Shown: piece after piece, positions 17,743 to 26,043 of the stretch
How positions within the stretch are numbered: the stretch's first letter is position 1
How the letters are laid out: every line of letters begins with the position of its first letter
IMG/VR virus record: IMGVR_UViG_3300011438_000013
Location: 1-55,866 of that record
Reading direction: 5' to 3' (one strand)
DNA from: a virus
Taxonomy: Duplodnaviria; Caudoviricetes
Length of the DNA stretch: 55,866 nucleotides
Translations under genes and position numbers: made by a program
The notes under the pieces: model-generated
Told to the model about the DNA's origin: nothing
Database searches by the model: none
The model's input: the letters and a program-made list of their open reading frames with translations, nothing else

Positions 17743-18175
17743 TTCGTCCCCATTGAGTTTCTATTAATTTAGTTATTTTATAGCGTACTTCTTTATATTT
17801 TTGAAGCATTAAAACAGCCTCTTGAGGAAGGGACGTACATTTTTTTTCATAAAACTTTTCATAAATGCCTAAGATATATTCAGGATCATAATCAGCTAAA
17901 TCACAAATCTGGATAAAATCTTTGTTATTACGTCTAAAGTAACGTTGATCCTTAGCTTGCAGATCAAGGCGCGCATAATATTCTCTAACGCTTCGTTCGT
18001 TTTTATTCTGAATTATCTTTAGATGATCCATGCATGTAAGTTTATCTTCATCAGGCTCTCGAGGAAGACCGATCTTTATTATTTTGGTGGCGGCATCCAT
18101 AGCTTCACCAAGGACATTACGATAGAGAAGGATTTCAGCGGAGGCACAGTTATTGTCTGACGTACAGATGATCAT
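17717..18175 (-). CDS. Conserved phage hypothetical protein
   Basis: L-Y-R-x-V-L-x-x-A-x-x-x-A...DF-x-x-IC-x-x-A-x-x-DP-x-Y pattern recalled from alphaproteobacterial phages. Confidence 0.6.
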   Translation of the reverse strand: MIICTSDNNCASAEILLYRNVLGEAMDAATKIIKIGLPREPDEDKLTCMDHLKIIQNKNERSVREYYARLDLQAKDQRYFRRNNKDFIQICDLADYDPEYILGIYEKFYEKKCTSLPQEAVLMLQKYKEVRYKITKLIETQWGRNAKKTTSQ

Positions 18176-18225
18176 GTGAACCTTGTTATTATTATTTTTA
18201 TTGGTTCGTTAACGGGTAAGAGGGT

Positions 18226-18570
18226 TTATTTAAAGATAGCGTCTAAGTCTTCTATGTCTTCAGCTCCTATGTAAATCGCACCTAATGCACGCCACTCATT
18301 AACCCATTTGATCTTTTCTTTTGATTGTTTGGTCTTTGGCGTGAGTATGTCTATTGCAAATGCCACTCCAAACCGTTTAGGAATGATTGATTCGTGAGGT
18401 TGGAAGCCTTGAGGATTGGTAATCTTATGTACGTCATGGACTTCTGATTTGATGCCGAGAATATCATGCAATACCAATTCATCAGGAAGGGATGAGCTTA
18501 TTATATATACATCCTCCACTTCGGATAAATATTTTAATATCTTTGGAATGGTAAGTTTGGAAGTTTTCAT
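18226..18570 (-). CDS. Degenerate VRR-NUC-like protein
   Basis: AFAIDILTPKTKQSKEKIKW...GAIYI...IEDL resembles the VRR-NUC C-half but lacks E-x-K. Confidence 0.5.
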   Translation of the reverse strand: MKTSKLTIPKILKYLSEVEDVYIISSSLPDELVLHDILGIKSEVHDVHKITNPQGFQPHESIIPKRFGVAFAIDILTPKTKQSKEKIKWVNEWRALGAIYIGAEDIEDLDAIFK

Positions 18571-18633
18571 TATGCCCTGTTTTTTATTTTTCTTTGATTA
18601 TGCCATAGTGGGGAAGGACTGCAAGGGGATTGT

Positions 18634-18855
18634 TTAATCATCTTCCTTAGCTCCTAATTCCCATACCCTTTTCTCAACATTGGTTAATTGTAACTGGATG
18701 AGATCAAGAACTTTTGCTAGTTGTCCTACATTATCACTTATCCCCTTTAGCATCATTTTAAGATGTTCTTGGGGGGTGTCTCGGCTTCTCCATGAGGCAC
18801 CTTTAACCGACAGATTTATAGGTTCTTTAATCATTTTTTGGTTCTCTTTTATCAA
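18634..18855 (-). CDS. Hypothetical coiled-coil protein
   Basis: ORF in a run of co-oriented genes. Confidence 0.5.
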   Translation of the reverse strand: MIKENQKMIKEPINLSVKGASWRSRDTPQEHLKMMLKGISDNVGQLAKVLDLIQLQLTNVEKRVWELGAKEDD

Positions 18856-18879
18856 AATCTTTTAAAATTGATTCTACTA

Positions 18880-19095
18880 TTAAGATTGAAGACGCTTTAG
18901 TGTATTTACATGAATAGTTCCATTAGGACATAGAGCCAATATAGACCAATCCTTATATTGTTCAGTAGGTACCATCAGTCCACCAATTGAAAACTCTTTT
19001 ATATCCCATCCATGTTTAGTCTCCACGCTAACCTTAATAGGTTGGTCTTTGTTCTCGATTTGTTCAAGCATAAGGATGAGTTCAGAGATTTTCAT
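18880..19095 (-). CDS. Hypothetical protein
   Basis: MKISELILMLEQIENKDQPIKV; ATGA coupling. Confidence 0.6.
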   Translation of the reverse strand: MKISELILMLEQIENKDQPIKVSVETKHGWDIKEFSIGGLMVPTEQYKDWSILALCPNGTIHVNTLKRLQS

Positions 19096-19232
19096 TTATT
19101 TTCCCGGTCAAAATCTTCTATTAAGTCTATAAGTTCAAGTGTGAGACCCATACTAGCCTTAATATCAATTTTTATGAGTTGTTCTTTGTCTTCAACCTTG
19201 TTCAATATATTTATTAAATCTTTAATTTTCAT
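19092..19232 (-). CDS. Hypothetical protein, paralog of 18880..19095
   Basis: Start refined to ATG at 19232: MKIKDLINILNKVEDKEQLIKI. Confidence 0.55.
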   Translation of the reverse strand: MKIKDLINILNKVEDKEQLIKIDIKASMGLTLELIDLIEDFDRENK

Positions 19233-19506
19233 TTTTATTCCCCATCTCAGCGTCATTTTTAAAAAGTTCCAATAATCTTTCAAGGGATTCAATATCCCCT
19301 TCCATCATCTCCATGGAAAATTCTTTATCTGAACTTATATTTAGACAATGAGATTCTATAATTAATGCGCTTGATATAAAAGGAAGTTCTAGTTTAGGAT
19401 ATTTTTTTATATAGAGTTCGATCCATAAATGTAAATCCTTTTGTACTTTCTCAATTTGAGATGCAATAAATTTTTCAGAATAATATGTATCATCATGCGG
19501 CGTCAT
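19222..19506 (-). CDS. Small helical hypothetical protein (paralog family)
   Basis: LYIKKYPKLELPFISSALIIES. Confidence 0.6.
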   Translation of the reverse strand: MTPHDDTYYSEKFIASQIEKVQKDLHLWIELYIKKYPKLELPFISSALIIESHCLNISSDKEFSMEMMEGDIESLERLLELFKNDAEMGNKNEN

Positions 19507-19759
19507 CTGGTGTTCCTTCCCATATTAAATCATCATGTGCTTCTTGAAGCGCATCGATGCAATCCTGAAGCCGTGTAGAAATACAAAATGAGTTTACTGC
19601 ACGATCAAAAATTAAAGTTTTAACGCAATCTATCAATACATTTGCTGCATCAGAAAAATCAAAGTCCTCTGTCGAAGGAAGTTCTATAAAGGTATTAACA
19701 AGTTTTAAAATGTCATCTTTGAGAGTATCACCAGGGTCTTGTTGATTATCATTGGTCAT
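19493..19759 (-). CDS. Small acidic hypothetical protein
   Basis: AGGAG RBS, ATGA coupling. Confidence 0.6.
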   Translation of the reverse strand: MTNDNQQDPGDTLKDDILKLVNTFIELPSTEDFDFSDAANVLIDCVKTLIFDRAVNSFCISTRLQDCIDALQEAHDDLIWEGTPDDAA

Positions 19760-20028
19760 TTTTTATCTCCTTTCTCATCACATGGTTCTTGCATCTCAAT
19801 TTTACATGTTCCATAAACTATATCGTGTTTTTTCCCCTGTACCCTTAGAGGTTGCTTAGGATCATAAAGGTTAACCTCCGTCCCTTTAAGGCGGTTATTA
19901 ATTTTTTTAATATCCTTAACATAATTGGCTGCATCCTCATCATTTTCAAATGCCTTAATATCCCATCTAAGTTCGTAGGAATCAGGGGCACAATTTAAAA
20001 ATCCTGACACAAGGTAGATATGTCTCAT
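19756..20028 (-). CDS. Hypothetical protein
   Basis: AGGAG RBS. Confidence 0.6.
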   Translation of the reverse strand: MRHIYLVSGFLNCAPDSYELRWDIKAFENDEDAANYVKDIKKINNRLKGTEVNLYDPKQPLRVQGKKHDIVYGTCKIEMQEPCDEKGDKK

Positions 20029-20053
20029 TTTTTATCTCCTAATTAAATATAGA

Positions 20054-20293
20054 TTAATTCGATAAGATGTCCCGTATATAGAACTTTTTACAGGATTCCA
20101 TCTTTAGAAGTTTCTCATCAAAAATTTTCATTCTCTCATCATGAAATAATCCTGCTTGCTCAGTTACGGCGAGCAATTCATTTGTAGCCTCTACAAAAGC
20201 TTTTATGGAGGGAATATTCATTTGTTCTGGTGAAAAGCGTAGGATTTTCTGTTTCATTTGATTGTTTAATGCTGTCAATGTAGTGTTTTCCAT
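20054..20293 (-). CDS. Hypothetical protein
   Basis: AGGAG RBS; first gene after a divergent promoter region. Confidence 0.6.
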   Translation of the reverse strand: MENTTLTALNNQMKQKILRFSPEQMNIPSIKAFVEATNELLAVTEQAGLFHDERMKIFDEKLLKMESCKKFYIRDILSN

Positions 20294-20325
20294 TTTTTGT
20301 CTCCTATTTAATGTTAATTACATAT

Positions 20326-20380
20326 TGACTTTTCTTAGTTGATGTGTCACAGTAACACACTAAATGGGTCATGGCAACAC
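20326..20380. promoter_or_regulatory. Overlapping oppositely oriented promoters with GTGT..ACAC operator
   Basis: Plus TTGACT-17-CACAGT; minus TTGCCA-17-TACTGT; palindrome GTGT-cacagta-ACAC over both -10 boxes. Confidence 0.45.
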
Positions 20381-20406
20381 ATTAATTTTAAAAAAGGATA
20401 GTTTTT

Positions 20407-20655
20407 ATGAAAAAAAACATTAAGTCATTAAAAAACAACGAATGTATTTTAGATGCTGCTGGATATGAGTTGGTTAGGCTCCATATTCAATTAACGGTAA
20501 ATCAACAACGTTGGATTAAAGGGCATGCAGAGCGTATTAATATCTCTATTAACGCTTTTATGAGAGCTTTTATAGATCGCTATCAATTAGTCTATGAACA
20601 GGAACAGGTCGAAAAGAAAAAATACGGGAGTCTTCATGATGCAATGAGCAGTTAA
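20407..20655 (+). CDS. Ribbon-helix-helix-like DNA-binding protein
   Basis: VRLHIQLT...WIKGHAERINISINAFMRAFI: beta-strand followed by two helices. Confidence 0.6.
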   Translation: MKKNIKSLKNNECILDAAGYELVRLHIQLTVNQQRWIKGHAERINISINAFMRAFIDRYQLVYEQEQVEKKKYGSLHDAMSS

Positions 20656-21038
20656 TGAATAACGTCTGAAGGAGGGGCATTCTCATTAAGTGAAGGGGGG
20701 TTATCATCGATTGCCTCTCTATAATTTTTATATTTAAAATCGCATATTCTCAAGAGAAGGCCCTCAATGATGTCTAGTTTAATCGCATTCTCAAACTTTT
20801 GTGCCATCACAGTACGCAACGCTACATCCAGAAGGCCACGCACAACATAGATGCCATCAAATGAATGTTCCTTGGTAAACTTAGTAATCACTTCTACCAG
20901 AAAATTATGGAAGGCCGTTTCTAAGTCAACAGTAACAAAAGGAGGGTTCTTTGATTTTTTAGTCAATTGGAGCCTCATTTTTAATATTGCGGATTCTAAT
21001 ATGATCAAATGTAGCATAGCTGTTTTGTACATCTTCAA
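20652..21038 (-). CDS. Hypothetical helical protein
   Basis: ORF downstream of the replication genes. Confidence 0.55.
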   Translation of the reverse strand: MKMYKTAMLHLIILESAILKMRLQLTKKSKNPPFVTVDLETAFHNFLVEVITKFTKEHSFDGIYVVRGLLDVALRTVMAQKFENAIKLDIIEGLLLRICDFKYKNYREAIDDNPPSLNENAPPSDVIH

Positions 21039-21333
21039 TATTTTCCGATAAATGATCTAAAGCAGTACAAAATAAATTTTTCATAGCTTCAATATGATTA
21101 TTTATATATTCACGAGATTCACCCTTTTCTTTCAGACTGCGTGCATTACTCATAATTGCAGATACTAATGTACTTAACAAAATTGATGCAAGGGATTGAA
21201 AGTCGTGAAATTGTGGGTAAGCTTTGAAATACATCTCTTGCCATGAAATTAAATCTTGCACACCATTGGATAGAAAAATATCGTGAGCATCCAAGGGTTC
21301 ATCGATGTGTTGACGTATCTTTATTTTAGTCAT
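20959..21333 (-). CDS. Small helical hypothetical protein (paralog family)
   Basis: GAGGA RBS; W-x-E-x-Y-x-K-x-YP shared with 19222..19506. Confidence 0.6.
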   Translation of the reverse strand: MTKIKIRQHIDEPLDAHDIFLSNGVQDLISWQEMYFKAYPQFHDFQSLASILLSTLVSAIMSNARSLKEKGESREYINNHIEAMKNLFCTALDHLSENIEDVQNSYATFDHIRIRNIKNEAPID

Positions 21334-21431
21334 TCTTAATTCCTCGTTTTAAAGCGCACTGAGTGGCCCTCTTGGGTTTGTCGTGGCAATTCTATCATAT
21401 TGGTCATCCTATGGTATCTATGGGCTTTAAA

Positions 21432-22076
21432 TTAGCTTTTAGCCCCAATTGAAATATCTTTTACTTGATAAGTTATAAACTTGAAATTTTCAATCTCCGA
21501 TTCAAATGCTGATTCGATTTCGTTTCTATATTTCGTTTCTAATTGATTACGACAAAAAGGACTTACCATAATTAAAGTTGGCATAGGGCTTTCTAAATCA
21601 TCAGTTTCAATTTCAGTAAAAAAATATTTAAAATTATGGATACCAATATTTTTTTCTATTCGTTGACATATTTTTAGCCATAGTGGAGATTTATCTTTCA
21701 AAGATAAACATACTTCTTGCCATTGTTCACGAGTAGCGTTGAAAGGCGCAATGATTGGAACCAATTTTTCAAATTCTTCAATAATTTCTGAACCGGAAGG
21801 AATAAACTTTTTTTCCGAAAAAATCTGGCGGATAACTTGTTTTCCTTGGTCTACAGAATATTGTTGAAAAATTGACGAAACGGCATCAAGGTAAGTTTCT
21901 TTACCGCTTTTATCACTATGGGGAAAACAATCAAATAATTTTATAGCTAATGCCATCCCTTCTTTGCGGGAAATTTTTTGTAAAGAAACAGGAATCATAA
22001 ATAAAGATTCATTAACAATGGGTTTATATTTTCCTTCAGATTTAACAAGTGATAAATTTTTAGATATTTGCATCAC
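21432..22076 (-). CDS. Replication accessory protein with C-terminal DnaA N-terminal-like domain
   Basis: WLKICQRIEKNIGIHNFKYFF...SPFCRNQLETKYRNEI resembles DnaA domain I; N-half has a loader-type F-x-P-S-x-x-EI motif; overlaps the initiator gene. Confidence 0.65.
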   Translation of the reverse strand: MMQISKNLSLVKSEGKYKPIVNESLFMIPVSLQKISRKEGMALAIKLFDCFPHSDKSGKETYLDAVSSIFQQYSVDQGKQVIRQIFSEKKFIPSGSEIIEEFEKLVPIIAPFNATREQWQEVCLSLKDKSPLWLKICQRIEKNIGIHNFKYFFTEIETDDLESPMPTLIMVSPFCRNQLETKYRNEIESAFESEIENFKFITYQVKDISIGAKS

Positions 22077-22935
22077 AAGTCCCCCGTTCTTGATCCGCTT
22101 GTCTGTCCATTTGATCAGCTAGATTATAAAGTTCTTCTATTCCTGAATGTTTTTTAGAATCGAAATTGCCTTCAAGAATTTTACAAAACATAGTTTCATT
22201 AATGGCCTTATCAAAAGTTAATCGCCATCCACGATCATTTTGACCTAGCAAGAAAGGGGTTTGAGATATTTTTTGAAGATATTGTGCCCAATTTATTAAA
22301 GAATTATCCAAATCTCTAAACCTAGCTAACAAAATGGACTTTCTTTGAGGAGTGAGTTTAAGGACACTTGAAAGACCTACTGTGTGAGAAAAATTATTCC
22401 AATCACCTAATAAAACCTCTGCTGTCTGGGTTTGAGAAGGGTGGATCGCATCGCGATTCACTACTCTTTCTCTTTCTTCCTTTGGTTTTGTTATATTGGT
22501 ATTGTTAGGGTGGTAACCATTACCACTTGCCTGGTGGTAATGGTTACCACTGGGGGGATGGTAAAAATTACCACTAGGGGATGGTTCCTGGTCTTCAAAT
22601 TCTTCATCCGGTATTTTATCCGTGGAAATCCGTTCTCCATTATCCCATATGATAGAGTATATATTGGAACCGTGACCTTTTTCTTTGGAGATTCTCGGGG
22701 TTATCGTTATATATCCATGAGTTTCAAGATTCTTAACGTATTTTAAGACATTCCGTTTATCCATCTTACATCGTTCAGCAAGCGTACTGTAGGAAGGCCA
22801 ACATTGATTTGTTTTGTTTATAAATGTACAGAGAGCTAACAATACCCTTATTTCTGCATGGGATAAATTTTCATCTTCCACTGCACGAGCAGGAAATGTT
22901 GTAAAAAAATACCCTTGATTTAACGAACTCATCAA
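22060..22935 (-). CDS. Phage replication initiator (HTH, lambda O-like)
   Basis: LSHAEIRVLLAL...CWPSYSTLAERC...V-x-x-L-x-x-x-GYI...SN-x-Y; C-terminal FLLGQNDRGW-x-x-TFD...KILEG-x-F; internal iterons. Confidence 0.85.
   Translation of the reverse strand: MMSSLNQGYFFTTFPARAVEDENLSHAEIRVLLALCTFINKTNQCWPSYSTLAERCKMDKRNVLKYVKNLETHGYITITPRISKEKGHGSNIYSIIWDNGERISTDKIPDEEFEDQEPSPSGNFYHPPSGNHYHQASGNGYHPNNTNITKPKEERERVVNRDAIHPSQTQTAEVLLGDWNNFSHTVGLSSVLKLTPQRKSILLARFRDLDNSLINWAQYLQKISQTPFLLGQNDRGWRLTFDKAINETMFCKILEGNFDSKKHSGIEELYNLADQMDRQADQERGTCDANI
22510..22575. repeat. Three 24-bp-period palindromic iterons (putative replication origin)
   Basis: TGGTAA-N3-TTACCACT starting at 22511, 22535 and 22559 inside the initiator gene. 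Confidence 0.8.
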
Positions 22936-23050
22936 TTATCTCCCTGTTTTTTATTGTTTTTATTAATTTTTATCGGCGTTTGCTTTGATAATCTTTTCAT
23001 CATCTTCTCCTTCAGGTTAAAAAACAATCCCCTTCGAAGAAAAATATGTG

Positions 23051-23211
23051 TTGATTTTTATTTTTAGCTTGGCTATAAACAAAAATGACTTCCTGAAAGG
23101 GGTCGTTGCGTTTATAGCGAAAGCATAAATCAACATGTAAATTCTTTTGTAGGGAATTTATCTAAAATATATTAAGCGACCCTTACTAAAACTGGGGGTC
23201 GCTTTTTATTT
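23051..23211 (+). ncRNA. Candidate countertranscript RNA with promoter and terminator
   Basis: TTGATT-17-TATAAA (23051-23079); stem 23084-23107; terminator AAGCGACCCTT/GGGGGTCGCTT plus T-run (23174-23211); antisense to the initiator leader. Confidence 0.55.
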
Positions 23212-23237
23212 ACTCTTGTCTGGCTGCTTTGTACAGA

Positions 23238-23585
23238 TCATTTTCCAAAAATCTTCCTCAATAGTATTTTCCCCCACGAAGCAGTCCCAACTTCTTTACC
23301 ATGAATGGGGTTGTTGAGGGTATCTCTTCCCAGGCTTATATTCCCTCGTGATGGATTACAATATTTTACTTTTTGTTCATAATTAATATGGCGCGTCTGA
23401 AATTGTTCGATAATTTCATTAATAACCTCTGTTACATTTCTATTCTCGGTATTTTTCCCGTACGCTTCAAGCCAATCATATTTAGCTTTTGGAATATAAA
23501 AAAGCGGTTGAGGCTTTTTGGCTGATGCGATTTTGGTTTTCTTAACACTATTTTTTTTCATAATAATTTTTCTCTTCTTTCTCAA
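23238..23585 (-). CDS. Putative RHH-type regulator
   Basis: LFYIPKAKYDWLEAY...RNVTEVINEII; start probably the second Met. Confidence 0.55.
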   Translation of the reverse strand: MRKKRKIIMKKNSVKKTKIASAKKPQPLFYIPKAKYDWLEAYGKNTENRNVTEVINEIIEQFQTRHINYEQKVKYCNPSRGNISLGRDTLNNPIHGKEVGTASWGKILLRKIFGK

Positions 23586-23736
23586 GTTTTTCTAATCCAG
23601 CTTCTATAATTATTTCAATCTCTCGTATCAGGGTGCGTTCAGTTTTCTTTTTACGGTTAACTATTTTTTCCCATGTTTCATCCGAACATCTGAAGCCCCG
23701 TACTTTATTTTGCCTTTCTTTTTTTTCTTTTTGCAT
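23548..23736 (-). CDS. Arc/CopG-like ribbon-helix-helix repressor
   Basis: KVRGFRCSDETWEKI...RTLIREIEIIIEAGL; first gene left of the divergent control region. Confidence 0.65.
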   Translation of the reverse strand: MQKEKKERQNKVRGFRCSDETWEKIVNRKKKTERTLIREIEIIIEAGLEKLEKEEKNYYEKK

Positions 23737-23770
23737 CTCTCAAACCTTTTTTAAAAAAATATCATTTTTT

Positions 23771-23816
23771 ATGTTGACATGTTGTTTTCGGTTGTATAAT
23801 GTTGTAAATGTACAAC
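23771..23816. promoter_or_regulatory. Divergent control region with repeated GTTG operator half-sites
   Basis: GTTG at 23773, 23781, 23791, 23801 and palindrome GTTGTA-aatg-TACAAC; overlaps TTGACA (23774) and TATAAT (23795), spacer only 15 nt. Confidence 0.6.
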
Positions 23817-23862
23817 CCACGATCACATGATGCAACATATAAAAACATTAAGGAGAGAAAAA

Positions 23863-24189
23863 ATGCAAGATAAAAATATCACCTCTTACGATTCTAACCC
23901 GATTAACCTCATTATCGACCTTGAGGATGTTTACCAGAACGTAAAGAAAAATGACCGTTTCCGCTTCTTAGCGAAAAGGCAAGACCTATTTACCTTTGAT
24001 AAGAATATTAAAGTGCCAATGTTAAAAAATATTGAGGAAGAGTTAAAAAAGAAAGACTTTTTCAAAGATTTCATTGATAATGGGGATAGGGAGACCGTTT
24101 ATTTGACCGTATATCCTTTTATATCTAAAAGGCTCTATCTGGAATCAAGTCAATATCTCGATATCGTTTCGACCCAAAATAATAAATAA
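23863..24189 (+). CDS. Hypothetical protein
   Basis: Start refined to ATG at 23863 behind AAGGAG. Confidence 0.6.
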   Translation: MQDKNITSYDSNPINLIIDLEDVYQNVKKNDRFRFLAKRQDLFTFDKNIKVPMLKNIEEELKKKDFFKDFIDNGDRETVYLTVYPFISKRLYLESSQYLDIVSTQNNK

Positions 24190-24213
24190 AAATAAAGACT
24201 GGGAGAAAAAATC

Positions 24214-24822
24214 ATGACTCATAACGAACATTATTGGCATCATTATGATGCTGAAATCGATCTGGCTGATGATCATTTCAAACGAGAACAAGAGGCTATA
24301 GAAAATGAGAGATTTCGTGAGCTTTGTCCTCTATCAGATGAACAAATAGAAGAGCAATACCAATTAGAAGAAAGAACTAAGTACATAAAACAGGTGTATG
24401 CTCTTGTGGATGCAATATGTTGCGATTTAATATTTCCAGTGAGGGGATTCCATGAAGATTATCTCAGTCTTCCACCAACTCGGGATTTTAAAGATTTTAA
24501 AACTCATCTAATTAATTTTAAAAAGAAAATAGTTAAGAATAAATCTCAGTATAAGAAATTATGTGATGAGACCAAAACACTTGAAGAATTGGATGAGTTA
24601 AGATCACGCACTTCTCTTCCTAAAGGAAGGGATAAAATTTATTATGAAAACGTTGCGCGTCTAGCCTTAGATAACGAAAATATTAAATATACTAATCCCG
24701 CACAATATCAAAAATTTCCTTCACTTTCTAAGAAGAGCCAAGAAGCTATGGATTTTTTGTGTTTAGCTCAAAATATGCAAAAGACTCAAGCTCACTCTTT
24801 AACTATGAAGATAGGAGGCTAA
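24214..24822 (+). CDS. Hypothetical protein
   Basis: GGGAGA RBS, 202-aa ORF. Confidence 0.65.
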   Translation: MTHNEHYWHHYDAEIDLADDHFKREQEAIENERFRELCPLSDEQIEEQYQLEERTKYIKQVYALVDAICCDLIFPVRGFHEDYLSLPPTRDFKDFKTHLINFKKKIVKNKSQYKKLCDETKTLEELDELRSRTSLPKGRDKIYYENVARLALDNENIKYTNPAQYQKFPSLSKKSQEAMDFLCLAQNMQKTQAHSLTMKIGG

Positions 24823-24825
24823 CAA

Positions 24826-25011
24826 ATGAATATTCATAAAGACTGCGTTGAGGTGACTCCAAAAGATTTCAGAGTGATGCTCAAGAAAATTAAAAAAGAT
24901 GGTGGAACCGTAATTAATATAAAAAACGGGTTCTATGACAGGTTCTCCCCTAATTTATTGATTGGATATTTAGAAGGGTCGAGAGCCTATATTAAAGGAG
25001 ACAAAAAATGA
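24826..25011 (+). CDS. Hypothetical protein
   Basis: GGAGG RBS; coupled to ERF. Confidence 0.55.
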   Translation: MNIHKDCVEVTPKDFRVMLKKIKKDGGTVINIKNGFYDRFSPNLLIGYLEGSRAYIKGDKK

Positions 25012-25649
25012 GTAACGTTACACAAATTCAGCCCATAAAAAATATCCATCAAAGGATGTTAGCTGTCTATGAAGAGGTTACCACTATCCAAAAGGAAGAT
25101 AAGAAAGTTAACAATCAATATAAGTTCGTGAGTCATGATGCTGTCATAAAAGCCCTTCATGAGCCATTGGTTAAAAATGGAATTTGTTTAGAAGTATCTA
25201 CCAATGAATGTGAACAGGATGGTAATAGAACTAAAATATCCATGCTTATAAAGTTTGTGAATGTTGATAATCCAACTAATTTTATTGAGGTTAAGTCGTA
25301 TGGATATGGGATTGATCCTCAAGATAAAGGAATAGGGAAGGCCGTAAGTTATGCTTTTAAAACAGCATTGCTTAAAAATTTCTGTCTTGAAAGTTGTGAT
25401 GAGGATAACGAAAAATCAGATATTAATTATAATGCAGCTTCTCCAAAAGTTTATATAAGCTCCAAACAGATTGAAGAATTGAGATTTACATTAAAAGAAG
25501 CAGGATTATTGGAACAAGAGTTTTTGTCGAAAGGCAAGATTTCTGATCTAAAATATTTAGAGGCGCATAAATTTGAAGGAGCTATGAAGTTTATAAAGGT
25601 TAATACCCAACAGATGCTAAATGGACATCAGGAAGGAGCGCAAACATGA
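25008..25649 (+). CDS. erf: ERF-family single-strand annealing protein
   Basis: YKFVSHD-x-V...L-x-x-x-GI...G-x-G-x-D-x-x-DKG-x-GKA-x-SYA-x-K-x-A-L...D-x-E. Confidence 0.85.
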   Translation: MSNVTQIQPIKNIHQRMLAVYEEVTTIQKEDKKVNNQYKFVSHDAVIKALHEPLVKNGICLEVSTNECEQDGNRTKISMLIKFVNVDNPTNFIEVKSYGYGIDPQDKGIGKAVSYAFKTALLKNFCLESCDEDNEKSDINYNAASPKVYISSKQIEELRFTLKEAGLLEQEFLSKGKISDLKYLEAHKFEGAMKFIKVNTQQMLNGHQEGAQT

Positions 25650-25822
25650 ATGATAAAATCTATATCATAGTGCATGTGGCTATAGGTCATGGATGGAAAT
25701 TATTGAGAGCGTATAATAATAAAAAGTGGGCTTATAACTGTAAAAAAGAACTCGAAAATAAAAATCATGAGGGATTATATTTTGTAGAGGAAGTGATGTT
25801 TTATGATGAAGAACCAAAATAA
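25646..25822 (+). CDS. Small hypothetical protein (58 aa, not in ORF track)
   Basis: ATGA overlap with erf, AAGGAG RBS; MNDKIYIIVHVAIG...EEPK. Confidence 0.55.
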   Translation: MNDKIYIIVHVAIGHGWKLLRAYNNKKWAYNCKKELENKNHEGLYFVEEVMFYDEEPK

Positions 25823-25833
25823 AGGAAACAAAC

Positions 25834-26043
25834 ATGTCCAGATTAATTGAACTAAAAAAATTATATAAAGAACACGAAGAATTAGACGAGAAAGTAAATA
25901 AATTTGAAGATACATTAACCTGCGAAGACCTCATAGAAGCTTTGACTAATCATCCCCAAGCCGTTAGTAAAATTAGTGCCAGTAAATGGGTAGAGGATAA
26001 TGAGATTAATATTAATATCGAATTTAAAACGGAGCTTTTATAA
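25834..26043 (+). CDS. Hypothetical protein
   Basis: AAGGA RBS; coupled to ssb. Confidence 0.55.
   Translation: MSRLIELKKLYKEHEELDEKVNKFEDTLTCEDLIEALTNHPQAVSKISASKWVEDNEININIEFKTELL

Noticed and set aside
22510-22575. Palindromic repeats as a mini-CRISPR array
   Set aside because: The period is only 24 bp with no spacer-length unique sequence, there are no cas genes, and the position inside an initiator gene fits iterons.
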